Origin: an uncultured Chthoniobacterales bacterium
GTDB lineage: Bacteria; Verrucomicrobiota; Verrucomicrobiia; Chthoniobacterales; Terrimicrobiaceae
Direction of reading: 5' to 3'
Assembly: GCA_964445975.1 (NCBI GenBank)
Contig: CAYUMP010000016.1
Location: forward strand, 3,679 to 67,678
DNA length: 64,000 nt
A program made the position numbers and the translations under genes. Shown piece after piece: positions 1 to 9,899 of this stretch; position 1 is the stretch's first letter, and every line of letters begins with the position of its first letter. A model generated the notes under the pieces. It was not told the origin of the DNA and searched no databases. It saw only the letters and a list, made by a program, of their open reading frames with translations.

Positions 1-219
1 AGACGCTGTCGCGACATCCTTCAAACGCACCTGGGCTGCGGAGAATGTGGCGTTTTTCCAAATCGTGAAGCGCGCCCAGTGGTCGTTGGTGGCGTCGACC
101 GCGACAGAGGTCGGCGGAGTTCCGACCAAAAAGGAATTGCCCCACACCGTGTCAGCCCAAGCCAAAGAAGACAGGGACAGGAATAATCCGCACGCGGCCA
201 AATGGGTAAGACATCTCAT
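1..219 (-). CDS. secreted protein, 5' part only (gene runs off the left edge)
   Basis: Not in the ORF track because no stop lies in the window. A reverse-strand ATG at 219-217 opens a stop-free frame to nt 1: MRCLTHLAACGLFLSLSSLAWA/DTVWGNSF... This is signal-peptide-like. The start lies 11 nt downstream of the Kelch gene stop on the same strand. Confidence 0.45.
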   Translation of the reverse strand, partial: MRCLTHLAACGLFLSLSSLAWADTVWGNSFLVGTPPTSVAVDATNDHWARFTIWKNATFSAAQVRLKDVATAS

Positions 220-230
220 GGTGTGTTTTG

Positions 231-1337
231 TCAGTGAAGGTCAGCCAGGGGAACTGCAACCACGGCCGGAGTGCGTGTGGCCGGACGGACTTCTCCCGAG
301 ATGAGAACGGCCATGTTTTGCCAAATCACAGCAGGGGCAGCCACCATGGGCTCCGGGCCGGGGCTGGAAGGCAAATCGGGATTCGGCTTGCGGTCGCACG
401 GAAGCGGCGGGCCTTCCTTCCAAGTGTTTTGGGCAGGTGAATAAATCAACGTTTCTCGTTCAAAGCCGGGGTGGTCTTTTTGCGCGCCAGCGAAGACGAA
501 GCCATAGCCCCCGGCCACGAGAATGCGGCCATCGGGCAGCAACGGACATGGAGTCGCCGCACCAACACGAGCGAAGGGGAGGTCTTCCAGCTGGGTCCAG
601 GCACGGGTGACGGGGTCGTAGCGATAGGCGTTGTCAAGCGGTACGGGGCGGGCCTTTCCGTCGTCGGAGGGCAAGTAGTGCATGCCGCCAAAGACATAGA
701 AATGGCTGCCATCGCTTGCCGCCGCCATCACGTTACCCAGTTTGCCGGGGAAATCCGCGACCTTGGTCCATGCGGAGGATTGACCCGAGGAGAGCGGCAA
801 AGCCCAACACTCCCTGCCGGGTTGAGTAGAGCCTGCATCCGGCACTCCCCCGATCACATAGAACACATCCTTCACGATCGCGGCCGCACCGTAGACGATC
901 GGATGAGGCAGTGATGGCAGGGTGGTGACTTTCAACACCCCCTCTTGCAGACCGATGCGGTAAACATCCTTCAGCGAGCCGGTACCGTTCATGCCACCGG
1001 CGGAGATCACGTCCGATCCATAAGGCGCGCTGGCGGAGTGGGCAATTTCCTGAGGCAGTTTCTCCTTCAATTCTGTCCAGGGGCCTTCCGGACTCTTCAG
1101 CACAAAAACCTTGTCGCTATAAGCCTTGGTCCCGCCATTCCATATCGGCTTGTCGATGAAGCGGCTACCTCCGCCGGTGAAAAGCACGCCATCGGACACA
1201 CCGGCAAACATTCCACCGAAGCCTACGGGATCTGGCAGGGGCGGCAGGGTTTTCCAGGAAGTGGCGGGCGAGACGGCGGTGGCGGTCATAATGGTAAAAA
1301 GAAAGACGGCAATCGCACGGCAGGCCGGTCCCATCAT
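231..1337 (-). CDS. Kelch-repeat beta-propeller protein, exported (NanM/YjhT mutarotase-like)
   Basis: ORF 231..1394, trimmed to ATG 1337 (MMGPACRAIAVFLFTIMTATA, hydrophobic leader), which forms an ATGA overlap with the MFS stop. Repeated blade motifs: VLFTGGG, VISAGGM, FYVIGG, FYVFGG, ILVAGGY. Confidence 0.7.
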   Translation of the reverse strand: MMGPACRAIAVFLFTIMTATAVSPATSWKTLPPLPDPVGFGGMFAGVSDGVLFTGGGSRFIDKPIWNGGTKAYSDKVFVLKSPEGPWTELKEKLPQEIAHSASAPYGSDVISAGGMNGTGSLKDVYRIGLQEGVLKVTTLPSLPHPIVYGAAAIVKDVFYVIGGVPDAGSTQPGRECWALPLSSGQSSAWTKVADFPGKLGNVMAAASDGSHFYVFGGMHYLPSDDGKARPVPLDNAYRYDPVTRAWTQLEDLPFARVGAATPCPLLPDGRILVAGGYGFVFAGAQKDHPGFERETLIYSPAQNTWKEGPPLPCDRKPNPDLPSSPGPEPMVAAPAVIWQNMAVLISGEVRPATRTPAVVAVPLADLH

Positions 1338-2605
1338 GGTTGAGATGAGCCGGGGAATTTCACCGGTTTGATAAAGATCAATAATACCGCGCATATGATG
1401 AGTCCAACAGCGGACGCCTCAAAGACATAGCGGACATTGACATTGGCATCACGCAAAACTCCACCGAGCCAGATGGTGAGTCCGCCGATGACGCATGAGA
1501 AGAGATTCAAGATGCCAAAGCCCGTGGCCCGATAGCGGGAGTCGCAAACCATGCAGAGAATCGGCATTGTGTTGCCGTCCGTGCAGGCGCGGGCGAAGCC
1601 GAAAACGAGCAGGCCGGCGATGGCGCCAAAGAAGACCTCCGTATTGGCCGTAAAGAAAATCGCCGGAGCGGCCACACACATGCCGAGCACTGCGACGAAC
1701 AGGCGCCCGCGTTCATGAGAGCGGCTCCAGCGGTCGGCCAGGGCTCCGCCCAGCACGAAGCCTGCGAGAGTCGAAATTTGCAGATAGCCAGTGGCAGCCA
1801 ACCCGGCTTGCCCCTGGGACAGATGGAACTGCTGCTGCAAGTAAGTCGGCATCCAGCCAATGATGCCCCACCCGGCAAAACCCATCAGGCCCCAATGAGC
1901 CAGCAACTTCAAAAATGAGGCCTGCCCGAACAAGCTTTTTACGGCGGTGAAAAAGCGGACACTCCCGGCAGACTTTTCCTCAATGGTTTTCCCGGACGAT
2001 GGCGCGTCGCGCAGGAGGAAAATCAAAACACAGGAATAGACAATGCCAATGACGCCAAACAGATGAAAGGCGTAAGCCCAGCCATGCCGCTCAGCCAGCC
2101 AACCGCCCATGCCGCCCAAGCCGGAACCGATGCTGACGCCGCACAAATGAATGCCGGTCGCCAACGAGCGGGTGGAACCGCGATGATAATCCGTGATCAA
2201 AGCGAGCGCGGCCGGCAGGTAGCACGCTTCGCTCAGGCCCATGATGGCCCGGGTGGCCAGCAATTGCTCGAAGGTGACGGCATGGCTCGTCAGCCAGGTC
2301 GTAACGGACCAGAGAAACAAGCTGCCGACAATGATCTTGGACCGGCTGAATCGGTCGGAAAGAAAGCCGGCTACCGGGCTGAGAAGACCGTAGACCCACA
2401 AGAACACTGACGTCAGCAGCCCAAAATCGCCATCGGTCATCGGGATGGCGGCCTTCACCGAATCCCGCATCGTGGTAAGCATGATGCGGTCGAGATAGTT
2501 CAGACAGGCGACCACGCAGAGCAGCGCGACGATAAGCCAGGCCCGCGGGGGAAGACCTGCCACTGTGGACGAGCTTTGCTCGTCTGATGTCGTGGGGAGA
2601 CTCAT
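1334..2605 (-). CDS. MFS transporter (sugar-acid/anion symporter type)
   Basis: 423 aa and polytopic. MFS loop motif GFLSDRFSRSK follows TM2. Sits between the dehydratase-like and Kelch genes on the same strand. Confidence 0.85.
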   Translation of the reverse strand: MSLPTTSDEQSSSTVAGLPPRAWLIVALLCVVACLNYLDRIMLTTMRDSVKAAIPMTDGDFGLLTSVFLWVYGLLSPVAGFLSDRFSRSKIIVGSLFLWSVTTWLTSHAVTFEQLLATRAIMGLSEACYLPAALALITDYHRGSTRSLATGIHLCGVSIGSGLGGMGGWLAERHGWAYAFHLFGVIGIVYSCVLIFLLRDAPSSGKTIEEKSAGSVRFFTAVKSLFGQASFLKLLAHWGLMGFAGWGIIGWMPTYLQQQFHLSQGQAGLAATGYLQISTLAGFVLGGALADRWSRSHERGRLFVAVLGMCVAAPAIFFTANTEVFFGAIAGLLVFGFARACTDGNTMPILCMVCDSRYRATGFGILNLFSCVIGGLTIWLGGVLRDANVNVRYVFEASAVGLIICAVLLIFIKPVKFPGSSQP

Positions 2606-2611
2606 GGCGAA

Positions 2612-3859
2612 CTAGGTGCGAAGGACCTTGCCCTTCACGGAGTTGAATTCGCCCGTGCCCGGCTGGTAGGGATATTTGTTAATGACCTCCTCAGGGAGCT
2701 TCACATTCAGGCCAGGAACATCCGGGAGGTAAACACGGCCGTCCTTCAATATCGGTGGCTCCACCCAAAGATCGGAGAGCAGGGGCGAGAAGAAGTGCGT
2801 GTTTTTCGAACGATCCGAAGGATTGAAAGCGGCCATCTCGACGATCTTCGTCGCCCGTGAAGCCATGGCGGCGTGCAGATTGCCCATGGCGCCGACGCCG
2901 GAGGTCCATGAATGGGTGGCGACGGGGATGCCCTGAAGTTCGCACAAGTGGGCGATCTTTACAAAATTGGTCAGGCCGCCCATGAAGGCCGCATCGAGTT
3001 GCGCAAGGTCGAAGGGTTCCTCCTCCATCCAGTCGCGCCATTCTTCCACGCTGGTCAGACATTCGCCTCCAGCCACGGTCAGGCGTGTGCGGCCACGCAG
3101 GCTGCGGTAAGCGGACTTGTCGGTATAGGGCAACGGCTCCTCGAAAAATTCGATGGGATAGTCGGCCAGCGCTTCCAGGACGTAGGCCGCCGTGGGGAGA
3201 TCCCAGATATGGTCGCGCTCGGTCATATTATCCATATGGCCATCCATCATGAGGCGAAAATCTTTGCCAAAGCGCTGGCAGAGCCACTCGACTTTTGTCA
3301 CCTCGATATCCGCCGCCTCCTTGGCGGTGCGGCCGCGATAAAAAGGCTGACCCTGCTCGTGAATGCCGCCACCGAGTTTCACGGCGGGAAAGCCGACGGA
3401 GAGATACTGCGCGACCTTGGCTTCGAGTTTTTCCTTGGGCCAGTTCGATGCTCCACCGGTGGCATAGCAGTCGAAGGATTCATGGCACTTGCCTCCCAAC
3501 AACTCGTAGACGGGCACACCCAGAGCCTTGCCCTTCAAATCGTAGAGGGCCATCTCCAAACCGCTCAACACGATGGAGCCCAACCCGACCCGGCTCCAGA
3601 ATTTCCCGGCGAGAAACATGCGGGCGTAAAGCGTGTCGATTTCCAGCGGGTCGGCGCCTTCAAGAATCGGCGCGTAAAACTCCACGACCGCTGGGACAAT
3701 CTCCGGAACGAAATAGCCGGCGTAGGTCTCGCCGAGACCCACATGCTCGGTATCCGTTTCCAAAACAATGAAAGCCGCCGAGCGCATCGTCCGGGACCGG
3801 AAGTGTTCATCCTGATGGGGCGCCGAGCACAAAACCGTGCGGACTTTGGTGATTTTCAT
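2612..3859 (-). CDS. enolase-superfamily enzyme (mandelate racemase/muconate lactonizing family, acid-sugar dehydratase-like)
   Basis: 415 aa. N-terminal capping-domain pattern LETDTEHVGLGETY...ALYDLKGKALGVPVYELLGGK. Barrel metal-ligand-like positions MMDGH, FFEEP, AGGE. Confidence 0.85.
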   Translation of the reverse strand: MKITKVRTVLCSAPHQDEHFRSRTMRSAAFIVLETDTEHVGLGETYAGYFVPEIVPAVVEFYAPILEGADPLEIDTLYARMFLAGKFWSRVGLGSIVLSGLEMALYDLKGKALGVPVYELLGGKCHESFDCYATGGASNWPKEKLEAKVAQYLSVGFPAVKLGGGIHEQGQPFYRGRTAKEAADIEVTKVEWLCQRFGKDFRLMMDGHMDNMTERDHIWDLPTAAYVLEALADYPIEFFEEPLPYTDKSAYRSLRGRTRLTVAGGECLTSVEEWRDWMEEEPFDLAQLDAAFMGGLTNFVKIAHLCELQGIPVATHSWTSGVGAMGNLHAAMASRATKIVEMAAFNPSDRSKNTHFFSPLLSDLWVEPPILKDGRVYLPDVPGLNVKLPEEVINKYPYQPGTGEFNSVKGKVLRT

Positions 3860-3908
3860 GAATGATACTGATCTCTAGTGGGAGGGCATGAGCGATGGCA
3901 AGAGAATT

Positions 3909-3930
3909 TGCATTCGCATGCATGCATATA
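3909..3930 (-). promoter_or_regulatory. copy 1 of 22-bp ATGCAT-rich motif (reads TATATGCATGCATGCGAATGCA on the minus strand)
   Basis: Lies in the 103-nt gap upstream of the dehydratase-MFS-Kelch unit, 50 nt before ATG 3859. Used as the reference copy for the other three. Confidence 0.45.
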
Positions 3931-3962
3931 AACGCACGCGGCCTCCCTACAGAGGAAAACCC

Positions 3963-6900
3963 TCACTCGCTAACAGTTTCGAGGAGTTCGGAAACCACTT
4001 CCCCGGTGTAGCGGTCGATAGCGACGTGAAGCCAGTAGCGACGTTCGCCTTCGACCATGAAGTCGTCGATCGACTTTGGGCTTTTGGGGAATCGTCCGGT
4101 CTGGGCGACGAGGTCGATGAGGAAATTCCAGGTTCGGGTCTGGGTGGTGCCGGTGAGGGCACGGATGAGACTTTCCCGTTGCGTTTTGATGGCAAAGGAG
4201 GATTCGCCGCCAGCTCCCTTGCCAAGTTCCGCATCGGTGAGATTGGTCGGGGTGGAAAATTCGGTGACAAAGTCGGAGATGTTTTTCACGGGGCCGACGG
4301 TGCTGAGGTAGTTGCGAATACGATTGGCGGCGGCCAAAGCCTCGCCTTCGGTGAGCACGCTGGTAGGGGTCTTTTCCTCTTTGACGGAATCGATGAGTAG
4401 CGCCTTGAGGACATCGGCACTGGCCGAATTGGGATTCACCCGGCCTTCGATGGTTTCCGTGTCATCGATACTGAAGACATCCAGCAGAGAGGCGTCCGCG
4501 CTGTCGGTACTAGAGAAATTCAAGGAGCGCCAGGGGACGTCGCGATAGACGTAACCGAGATCGGCTACGGAACTGAAAGGACGGTCGAGGACGACAGGGC
4601 GGGAGCTATTCGTGCCAGCGGGGCGAGAACCACTGGGAGGCCAAGCGGTGTGGGTTGAATATTGCGCATGAATAGGCTCCATGGGATTTGGAATGTTATC
4701 ACCGGGGGCGAAGCCGCCGTCGCCCTGGCGATACTCACCATCGGGATCTTGCGCCCTAGTGGCAGCAATAGTGTTCTCCCATAACAAGCCCAGGAAATAA
4801 CTTGAACTACCTGCCGGGCTATATCCGTTACTCGGAGTTCCGTCCGTGGTCGCCACGCCATAGGGGGTGCCTTGACGGCCAAACTTGTCAAATCGCGGAC
4901 GAATACTATAGGGAGCGGTATTATTCGGCGCAAAGGTGCTTTCATAAAACTGAATTAAGCTTCCCGTCGGATTGGTAGTGGCTGTCGCGGGGGTTGGAAT
5001 CGTCTTGGTCGGCCGAAAATTCAGTCCAAAATAGCCAAGGCGATTGGTTCGCGGATCACCATGCGCAAAGCTGGTACTGCCGGCAATTCTGGGTGCGGCG
5101 TACATCGAAGCGTTATTTACCTCCGACATTTTTAAAAACGAAACATTCGTTTCTAAGGTTTTTTGATAAGTTCTTGGCACCCCATCTTTATCAATGACTG
5201 CGAGCTCAACAGAAATGGGACGCACGATATCGAATCGAGCAGAATTCGGACACCACCAGTAGGGAGCCGGATGCCCAGCCGTTTTTTTGTTGTAGTTGAA
5301 ATCCGGCAGGGGTTGGCGATCAAAACGGACGTGGGACGGTTCCGAGAAATAGTTGAAATTGCACCAGGTCTGAGCAGGAAACTGCTGGCCGGCTGAAATC
5401 GTTCTCGTGGTATCTAGGTTGCTTGTCCCTCCAGCGCCCGTGAGGGTTTCGGCTGGCGTCTCTGCGTTATAGGAGTCATACATTGTGACGCTAGTTGCAC
5501 CGCTAATGGCCAGTTTGATCTCGGGATTGTAGTCGCTCGCAGTGGGCAGGTGTTGAAAATTAGGATTCCAGAGTTCAGCGGAAACCCGGAATCCATATTT
5601 GTCGATTTCCCCCGGGGTGTTATTTCCTGTGACTTTATCATTTTTAAAATTTTCGCGCCCGATTGTCATATTATCCGCCTCGACTCCGGCCTTGACGGGC
5701 ACGTTCTCGCCCAGAAAGGAAATCTTATTTACATAAGGCAGGTTTTCCACGCCGTAGAGCGTTCCGCCATTCCACGCAATCGTCGTCGGAATGGGAATGC
5801 GTCCGGCGGCATTGGTATCGGGATCGAGATCGTATTGATCGATGATGTTTGCACCGATTTGCATGATATGAGTGTCTTTGTCCGAATTGTCCGCAACCAT
5901 GGCCGTAGTACCCGCGCTCTGCCCTATCGAGCCGGCCTCTATGGCGGCTTTTAGTATCTCAAAAAAATCAAGTTCTCGGTATTCCGACTCGGCCGCTATC
6001 TGGGCAGCGGTTTTTATGGTGGATGCCTTATAGGTAAACGAACGGGAACCTTGGATGTAGGTCAGCCCGAAGTATTTCGCGACGTCCTGCGCGAGAGCGA
6101 TATCTCCTGGATTTTGTGCTAGGTCGGAAATGAGTTTCAATCGGCTGAGCGGAAAGCGCTTTTCAAAAAGCAGACGGCCTGTGATGGCGTGACGCAGAGT
6201 GACAAACGATGGATTGGTCGACGATTCCACCGCAGTCGGTGGTTGGTAAGTCGGAGCGTTTTTTTCCCGGGAGAAAACGCTGAGGAAATTCAACTTGTCG
6301 TCGAAGCCGCTGCGCTTGGCGAAGCGAATCAGTTCCTGACGAGACAGGAAGCGATTATCGCCAGCCTCTGTCTTGGTGAAACCCTTGTGATCTCCTTTTT
6401 CAAGATACTGTTTGTAGAGCGCAGGAGTACTGGCATTGTGCGCATTGCGGAAAGAAACAACTTGGGCCGCCTCCGTGTCGGAAAGACCGACACCTTGGAG
6501 CTTGACGAGACCGGGTGAGCCTTTCTTGACCACATCAACGGCAGGGAGAGATGCCGGATAGCCCGCCACGTTCATGTCCAGCAGGCCGCTGATGTCATAG
6601 ATGGCAAAAGCGATGCGTCCGAGAACAAACCCCGCCTTAGTCGGATCGGAGGCGTCAGCCAAGGACAGCGACATCACAGGCCCTTTCCGGTCCAAGTAAA
6701 TCCAATCGGGGGTCTTTACGGTGGTCCCGTCAAATTGCCCGAGCGCGGATTTATTCCAGCGTAGTGCGCTAATCGAACGACCATTGCGCGAAGGCGTGGA
6801 AGACGATGCGGCCGAACCTTTGAGAGTGGCACCGGCACCAGTGAAAAGCGTCGTATTATTTTTGCTAACCTTCAGGAGATTGCCCAGCGGGTCGGCTGCG

Positions 6901-7229
6901 ATCTTTTCAGGGACCATATACTTGCGGTCGGTAGGCACATAGATGACAGGGCCTTTTTCCTGCGGGTCTCTGTTGGTGGTTGAGCGCGTTTCATCCGCGA
7001 TTTCCTTGCGCAGTTCCCCGATAACGAGTTCAAGTCCGCCGGCACCGAGTTCTTCCGCCTTCATCGAGTTAGTGAAGGCGGAGGTACTGGCGCGATCATT
7101 CGTGGCCAGTGAGAAGAAAACTACGATCAAAAAGCTGAGAGTCAGAACGGCAAAAAGCACGAGGACCAACGAAAGGCCGGACTCCTTTTTGACCGCGGAA
7201 ATTTCAAACCTTGGTTTCGTCTTTTTCAT
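3963..7229 (-). CDS. giant GspK/PilX-like minor pseudopilin-family protein (recalled as 'Verru_Chthon cassette protein A' type)
   Basis: ORF 3963..7307, trimmed to ATG 7229 (MKKTKPRF...), 8 nt after the upstream gene stop. One N-terminal TM segment, GLSLVLVLFAVLTLSFLIVVFF. The C-terminal 160 aa carry GspK-like signatures: GRVNPNSASADVLKALL (nt 4395-4445) and the ending RYWLHVAIDRYTGEVV. Confidence 0.6.
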   Translation of the reverse strand: MKKTKPRFEISAVKKESGLSLVLVLFAVLTLSFLIVVFFSLATNDRASTSAFTNSMKAEELGAGGLELVIGELRKEIADETRSTTNRDPQEKGPVIYVPTDRKYMVPEKIAADPLGNLLKVSKNNTTLFTGAGATLKGSAASSSTPSRNGRSISALRWNKSALGQFDGTTVKTPDWIYLDRKGPVMSLSLADASDPTKAGFVLGRIAFAIYDISGLLDMNVAGYPASLPAVDVVKKGSPGLVKLQGVGLSDTEAAQVVSFRNAHNASTPALYKQYLEKGDHKGFTKTEAGDNRFLSRQELIRFAKRSGFDDKLNFLSVFSREKNAPTYQPPTAVESSTNPSFVTLRHAITGRLLFEKRFPLSRLKLISDLAQNPGDIALAQDVAKYFGLTYIQGSRSFTYKASTIKTAAQIAAESEYRELDFFEILKAAIEAGSIGQSAGTTAMVADNSDKDTHIMQIGANIIDQYDLDPDTNAAGRIPIPTTIAWNGGTLYGVENLPYVNKISFLGENVPVKAGVEADNMTIGRENFKNDKVTGNNTPGEIDKYGFRVSAELWNPNFQHLPTASDYNPEIKLAISGATSVTMYDSYNAETPAETLTGAGGTSNLDTTRTISAGQQFPAQTWCNFNYFSEPSHVRFDRQPLPDFNYNKKTAGHPAPYWWCPNSARFDIVRPISVELAVIDKDGVPRTYQKTLETNVSFLKMSEVNNASMYAAPRIAGSTSFAHGDPRTNRLGYFGLNFRPTKTIPTPATATTNPTGSLIQFYESTFAPNNTAPYSIRPRFDKFGRQGTPYGVATTDGTPSNGYSPAGSSSYFLGLLWENTIAATRAQDPDGEYRQGDGGFAPGDNIPNPMEPIHAQYSTHTAWPPSGSRPAGTNSSRPVVLDRPFSSVADLGYVYRDVPWRSLNFSSTDSADASLLDVFSIDDTETIEGRVNPNSASADVLKALLIDSVKEEKTPTSVLTEGEALAAANRIRNYLSTVGPVKNISDFVTEFSTPTNLTDAELGKGAGGESSFAIKTQRESLIRALTGTTQTRTWNFLIDLVAQTGRFPKSPKSIDDFMVEGERRYWLHVAIDRYTGEVVSELLETVSE

Positions 7230-7237
7230 GGCGGCGG

Positions 7238-8104
7238 TTAACGCAAGGGAACAACGCGTTCGACGGTCGTAATGCCGTTGCGGAAACGTTGAGGTATGGC
7301 CCCCCAAATGGCAGGTTGGTTTAATTTTTCATCCCACAAGGCGGACAGGGAAACATTCGAATCCTCCGGTGTCTGCAGATAGGAATCGGTCATGAAATTT
7401 TGGCGAAAGGTGCCAAGCAAAGCGGGATTGCCGCGAATGACGGACTCAGTCCTTTCGTCGAGGAAAAGGAGGGTGATCACCGCCGCCTTGGACTGGGCCT
7501 TATCCTGATCGGAATTGTTGTAGCGGAGATAGTATTTCCCGTCATCGGCGAGGAAGCGCAGTTCCATGCGAATCACGCCTTTGAGAATGGGCTCAAATAC
7601 GCCCCCGGCATCGGTGGCGACTCGATAACCCTCGGCCACGGAATCCTTCGCGAATGGCATGGGGTCGGTGAGTGCATTGACGGCGGGATAGGTGCCGATT
7701 GCGTCCCACTGGACATTGATCGCTCCCCGCCAGAGAGCGAAGCCGGCGGCTGCGTCATCCTTGGCCTGGTATGCGACGAGGGAAAGTTGACGGAAATCGC
7801 GGGAATCGCTCCCCATGGGAGTCGTCCCGCCACGCCTGGTAAAAAAAACGAGCGCCGGATTATCAAAACCGTCCTGAAAGGGCGTAATATCCGAACGATA
7901 GAGACCCTGGCTCAAGTCGCGGGCAAGCAGATCCATGGCGGCGCGAGCCTTGGAATGAATCTCAAAGAAGCGCCGGCCCTGTCCCACGACATCCATGGTG
8001 GAGCCGATGATTTGATTGAGCAGCAAGACCAGCACGCAGAGCACCGCGGCGGCCACCAGTACCTCCAGCAGCGAGAAGCCCCGGGATGACCGCGCATGCC
8101 TCAT
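7238..8104 (-). CDS. prepilin-type N-terminal cleavage/methylation domain protein (GspJ-like; 'cassette protein C' type)
   Basis: N-terminus M(M)RHARSSRG/FSLLEVLVAAAVLCVLVLLL is a class III signal. ATG 8104 shares one base with the upstream TGA (TGATG). The track start at 8107 is a GTG. Confidence 0.75.
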   Translation of the reverse strand: MRHARSSRGFSLLEVLVAAAVLCVLVLLLNQIIGSTMDVVGQGRRFFEIHSKARAAMDLLARDLSQGLYRSDITPFQDGFDNPALVFFTRRGGTTPMGSDSRDFRQLSLVAYQAKDDAAAGFALWRGAINVQWDAIGTYPAVNALTDPMPFAKDSVAEGYRVATDAGGVFEPILKGVIRMELRFLADDGKYYLRYNNSDQDKAQSKAAVITLLFLDERTESVIRGNPALLGTFRQNFMTDSYLQTPEDSNVSLSALWDEKLNQPAIWGAIPQRFRNGITTVERVVPLR

Positions 8105-8571
8105 CACTTATACCGAATGTAGGTGGTGGTTTCGTAATTCTCCTCGGCCTTGGGGATCGCCTGATAATTTCCGCTGCTCTGCGGCGGATGCACCAGCGCG
8201 ACAAACACACGGGCTATCCCTTCATTCGAGGGTACGATCTCGTAAAACAGCGAGTAGTAGGCCTGAGAGCCACTCGAAGCCACCCGGCCCGAACGATCCA
8301 ACAAGGCGGTTTGCAGTCCGGCGGGACTGTTGGTCAGAGGCGGCAGCGGATGAGTTGCCGGCATGGTGGCCAGGGGGGCCGCCCGGCGTTCGGCTAAGAG
8401 GGAAGAGGCAACCTGAGCCGCAAAGAGTTCGGTCTTGGCTTGGCGAGCCACCTTGAGGCCGGAGGAGAGCAGGCCGCATAACGCGACGAGAGCAAAGACC
8501 ACCACGCCCAAGGCAATCATGACTTCGATCAGGGAAAAACCCTTTCGAGCCACCGACGATTTTCGGGCCAT
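8104..8571 (-). CDS. prepilin-type N-terminal cleavage/methylation domain protein (GspI-like; 'cassette protein B' type)
   Basis: ORF 8104..8649, trimmed to ATG 8571, giving MARKSSVARKG/FSLIEVMIALGVVVFALVAL. This is a short leader followed by the G/F-S-L-I-E motif. Confidence 0.75.
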   Translation of the reverse strand: MARKSSVARKGFSLIEVMIALGVVVFALVALCGLLSSGLKVARQAKTELFAAQVASSLLAERRAAPLATMPATHPLPPLTNSPAGLQTALLDRSGRVASSGSQAYYSLFYEIVPSNEGIARVFVALVHPPQSSGNYQAIPKAEENYETTTYIRYK

Positions 8572-8636
8572 AAAAACAGGCGAATATACAAATGCGGATG
8601 CCCATTTCCCGCATTTCCTCTTAACTAAGCCCTCAT

Positions 8637-8658
8637 TGCATGTATGCATGCGAATGCA
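8637..8658 (+). promoter_or_regulatory. copy 2 of 22-bp motif (TGCATGTATGCATGCGAATGCA, 19/22)
   Basis: Lies in the gap between the aldo-keto reductase stop (8712) and the pseudopilin B/C/A unit. 8652-8661 is a perfect palindrome, GAATGCATTC. Another GAATGCA sits at 8682-8688. Confidence 0.45.
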
Positions 8659-8711
8659 TTCAATTTATGTATTCACTATGTGAATGCAAGAAAAAGCTGC
8701 AGCCGAATAAA

Positions 8712-9653
8712 TTATTTTGCGTTTTCCGAAGCCTTCTCGGCCTTGCTGGGCCAGGTAGGCGGATCAATGAGCCAGCCGGGGACGGCGGGGTCAAAAGCCT
8801 CGATGCGGGCAAGAATTTCCGCATCGAGAGGAGGCTGGTTGAGCAACGCAAGATTTTGCCGGAGCTGGGTACGGTTTTCCATGCCCATCACCACCGAATC
8901 GATATCGGCGCGGCTGAGCATGGCCCGGGCCAGAAGATGAGGCAGAGGCAAATCATACTCCGTGGCCAGTTGCTGAAAAAACGTCCGGGCAGGAATGACC
9001 CCCTTGAGATGCTCGGGCGTATTTTCATCGCTCATCAGCAGGAGCCCCTGCAAATAACAGCTCCGAGCAAAAACCATGGCTCCCCGCTCCCTGGCCCGCC
9101 GCGTGGTTCCTCCATGCGTAAAGCGGCGATCCAAAACATTGGCCGGAATTTGAATGCCTCCCAGAAACGGGTTTTCCAGAAACGGCTCTGCACGTTCAAC
9201 TGAACCCATCGAGACCCCGCACTTTTCGATCAACCCCGCTTCCTGACATTTCGCCAACGCATCCAGGTAGGCGGGCTGGTCGTCGCGATGCAGCAGCACC
9301 AATGGAAGCGATTCCACGCGCAAACGCTGCAAGGATCTTTCCACACTTTGACGGGTTTGTTCTTCCGCTTCTTGGGTCGACAAACCCGGGTTCATCGGGG
9401 CGACTTTGCTGACGATATAAAAAGAATCCCGGAGACCGATTTCAGCGAGGGCCTTGCCCAAAACCTCCTCGCTTTCACCATAGGCTGCCGCAGTGTCCAG
9501 GCAATTGATGCCGGCGGCGGCCGCCTCCTCTAACATGGCGCAAATCTCGGAAAAGGCGGGAGTGCCCGCTTTGTTGGCGACTCCGTAGGCCAGCCCGAAC
9601 TGGACTGTACCCAGCATCAGAGCCGACGGTTGAATGGAATTGGCAATACTCAT
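8712..9653 (-). CDS. aldo/keto reductase
   Basis: 313 aa. N-terminal pattern LGTVQFGLAYGVANKAG...INCLDTAAAYGESEEVLGKAL is typical of AKR family oxidoreductases. Confidence 0.85.
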   Translation of the reverse strand: MSIANSIQPSALMLGTVQFGLAYGVANKAGTPAFSEICAMLEEAAAAGINCLDTAAAYGESEEVLGKALAEIGLRDSFYIVSKVAPMNPGLSTQEAEEQTRQSVERSLQRLRVESLPLVLLHRDDQPAYLDALAKCQEAGLIEKCGVSMGSVERAEPFLENPFLGGIQIPANVLDRRFTHGGTTRRARERGAMVFARSCYLQGLLLMSDENTPEHLKGVIPARTFFQQLATEYDLPLPHLLARAMLSRADIDSVVMGMENRTQLRQNLALLNQPPLDAEILARIEAFDPAVPGWLIDPPTWPSKAEKASENAK

Positions 9654-9805
9654 GGCGCTACTTTGCCGTATATTCCCCGCCGATGAAAAGATTGGTGCCT
9701 CGAATATCTTTCGAGAGCCCCGAAGTGGACAAAACCTGCTGAATTTTTCCTTCCAGAGAGAAGCGATTTAAGATTTTTTGAGGCATCGTGTTGAGAGATC
9801 ACTGA

Positions 9806-9864
9806 TGCACTACATGCATCTGCATTCACGCAGCAATGCAAAATCTCCTTAAAGTCTTGCATTC
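9806..9864. promoter_or_regulatory. cluster of five TGCA(T) cores, including two TGCATTC heptamers, in a divergent promoter region
   Basis: The 246-nt AKR/GntR divergent gap contains TGCA at 9806, ATGCAT at 9814, TGCATTC at 9821, TGCA at 9837 and TGCATTC at 9858. These share half-sites with the 22-bp motif. Confidence 0.35.
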
Positions 9865-9899
9865 TGCTACATACAGGTAAATGTGTATTTCGTGTTGAA

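Noticed and set aside
2912-3865. 317-aa plus-strand ORF, plus the 3888-4400 plus-strand ORF
   Set aside because: They lie antisense to the enolase-superfamily gene and to the 3' end of the giant GspK-like gene respectively. Neither has family signatures.
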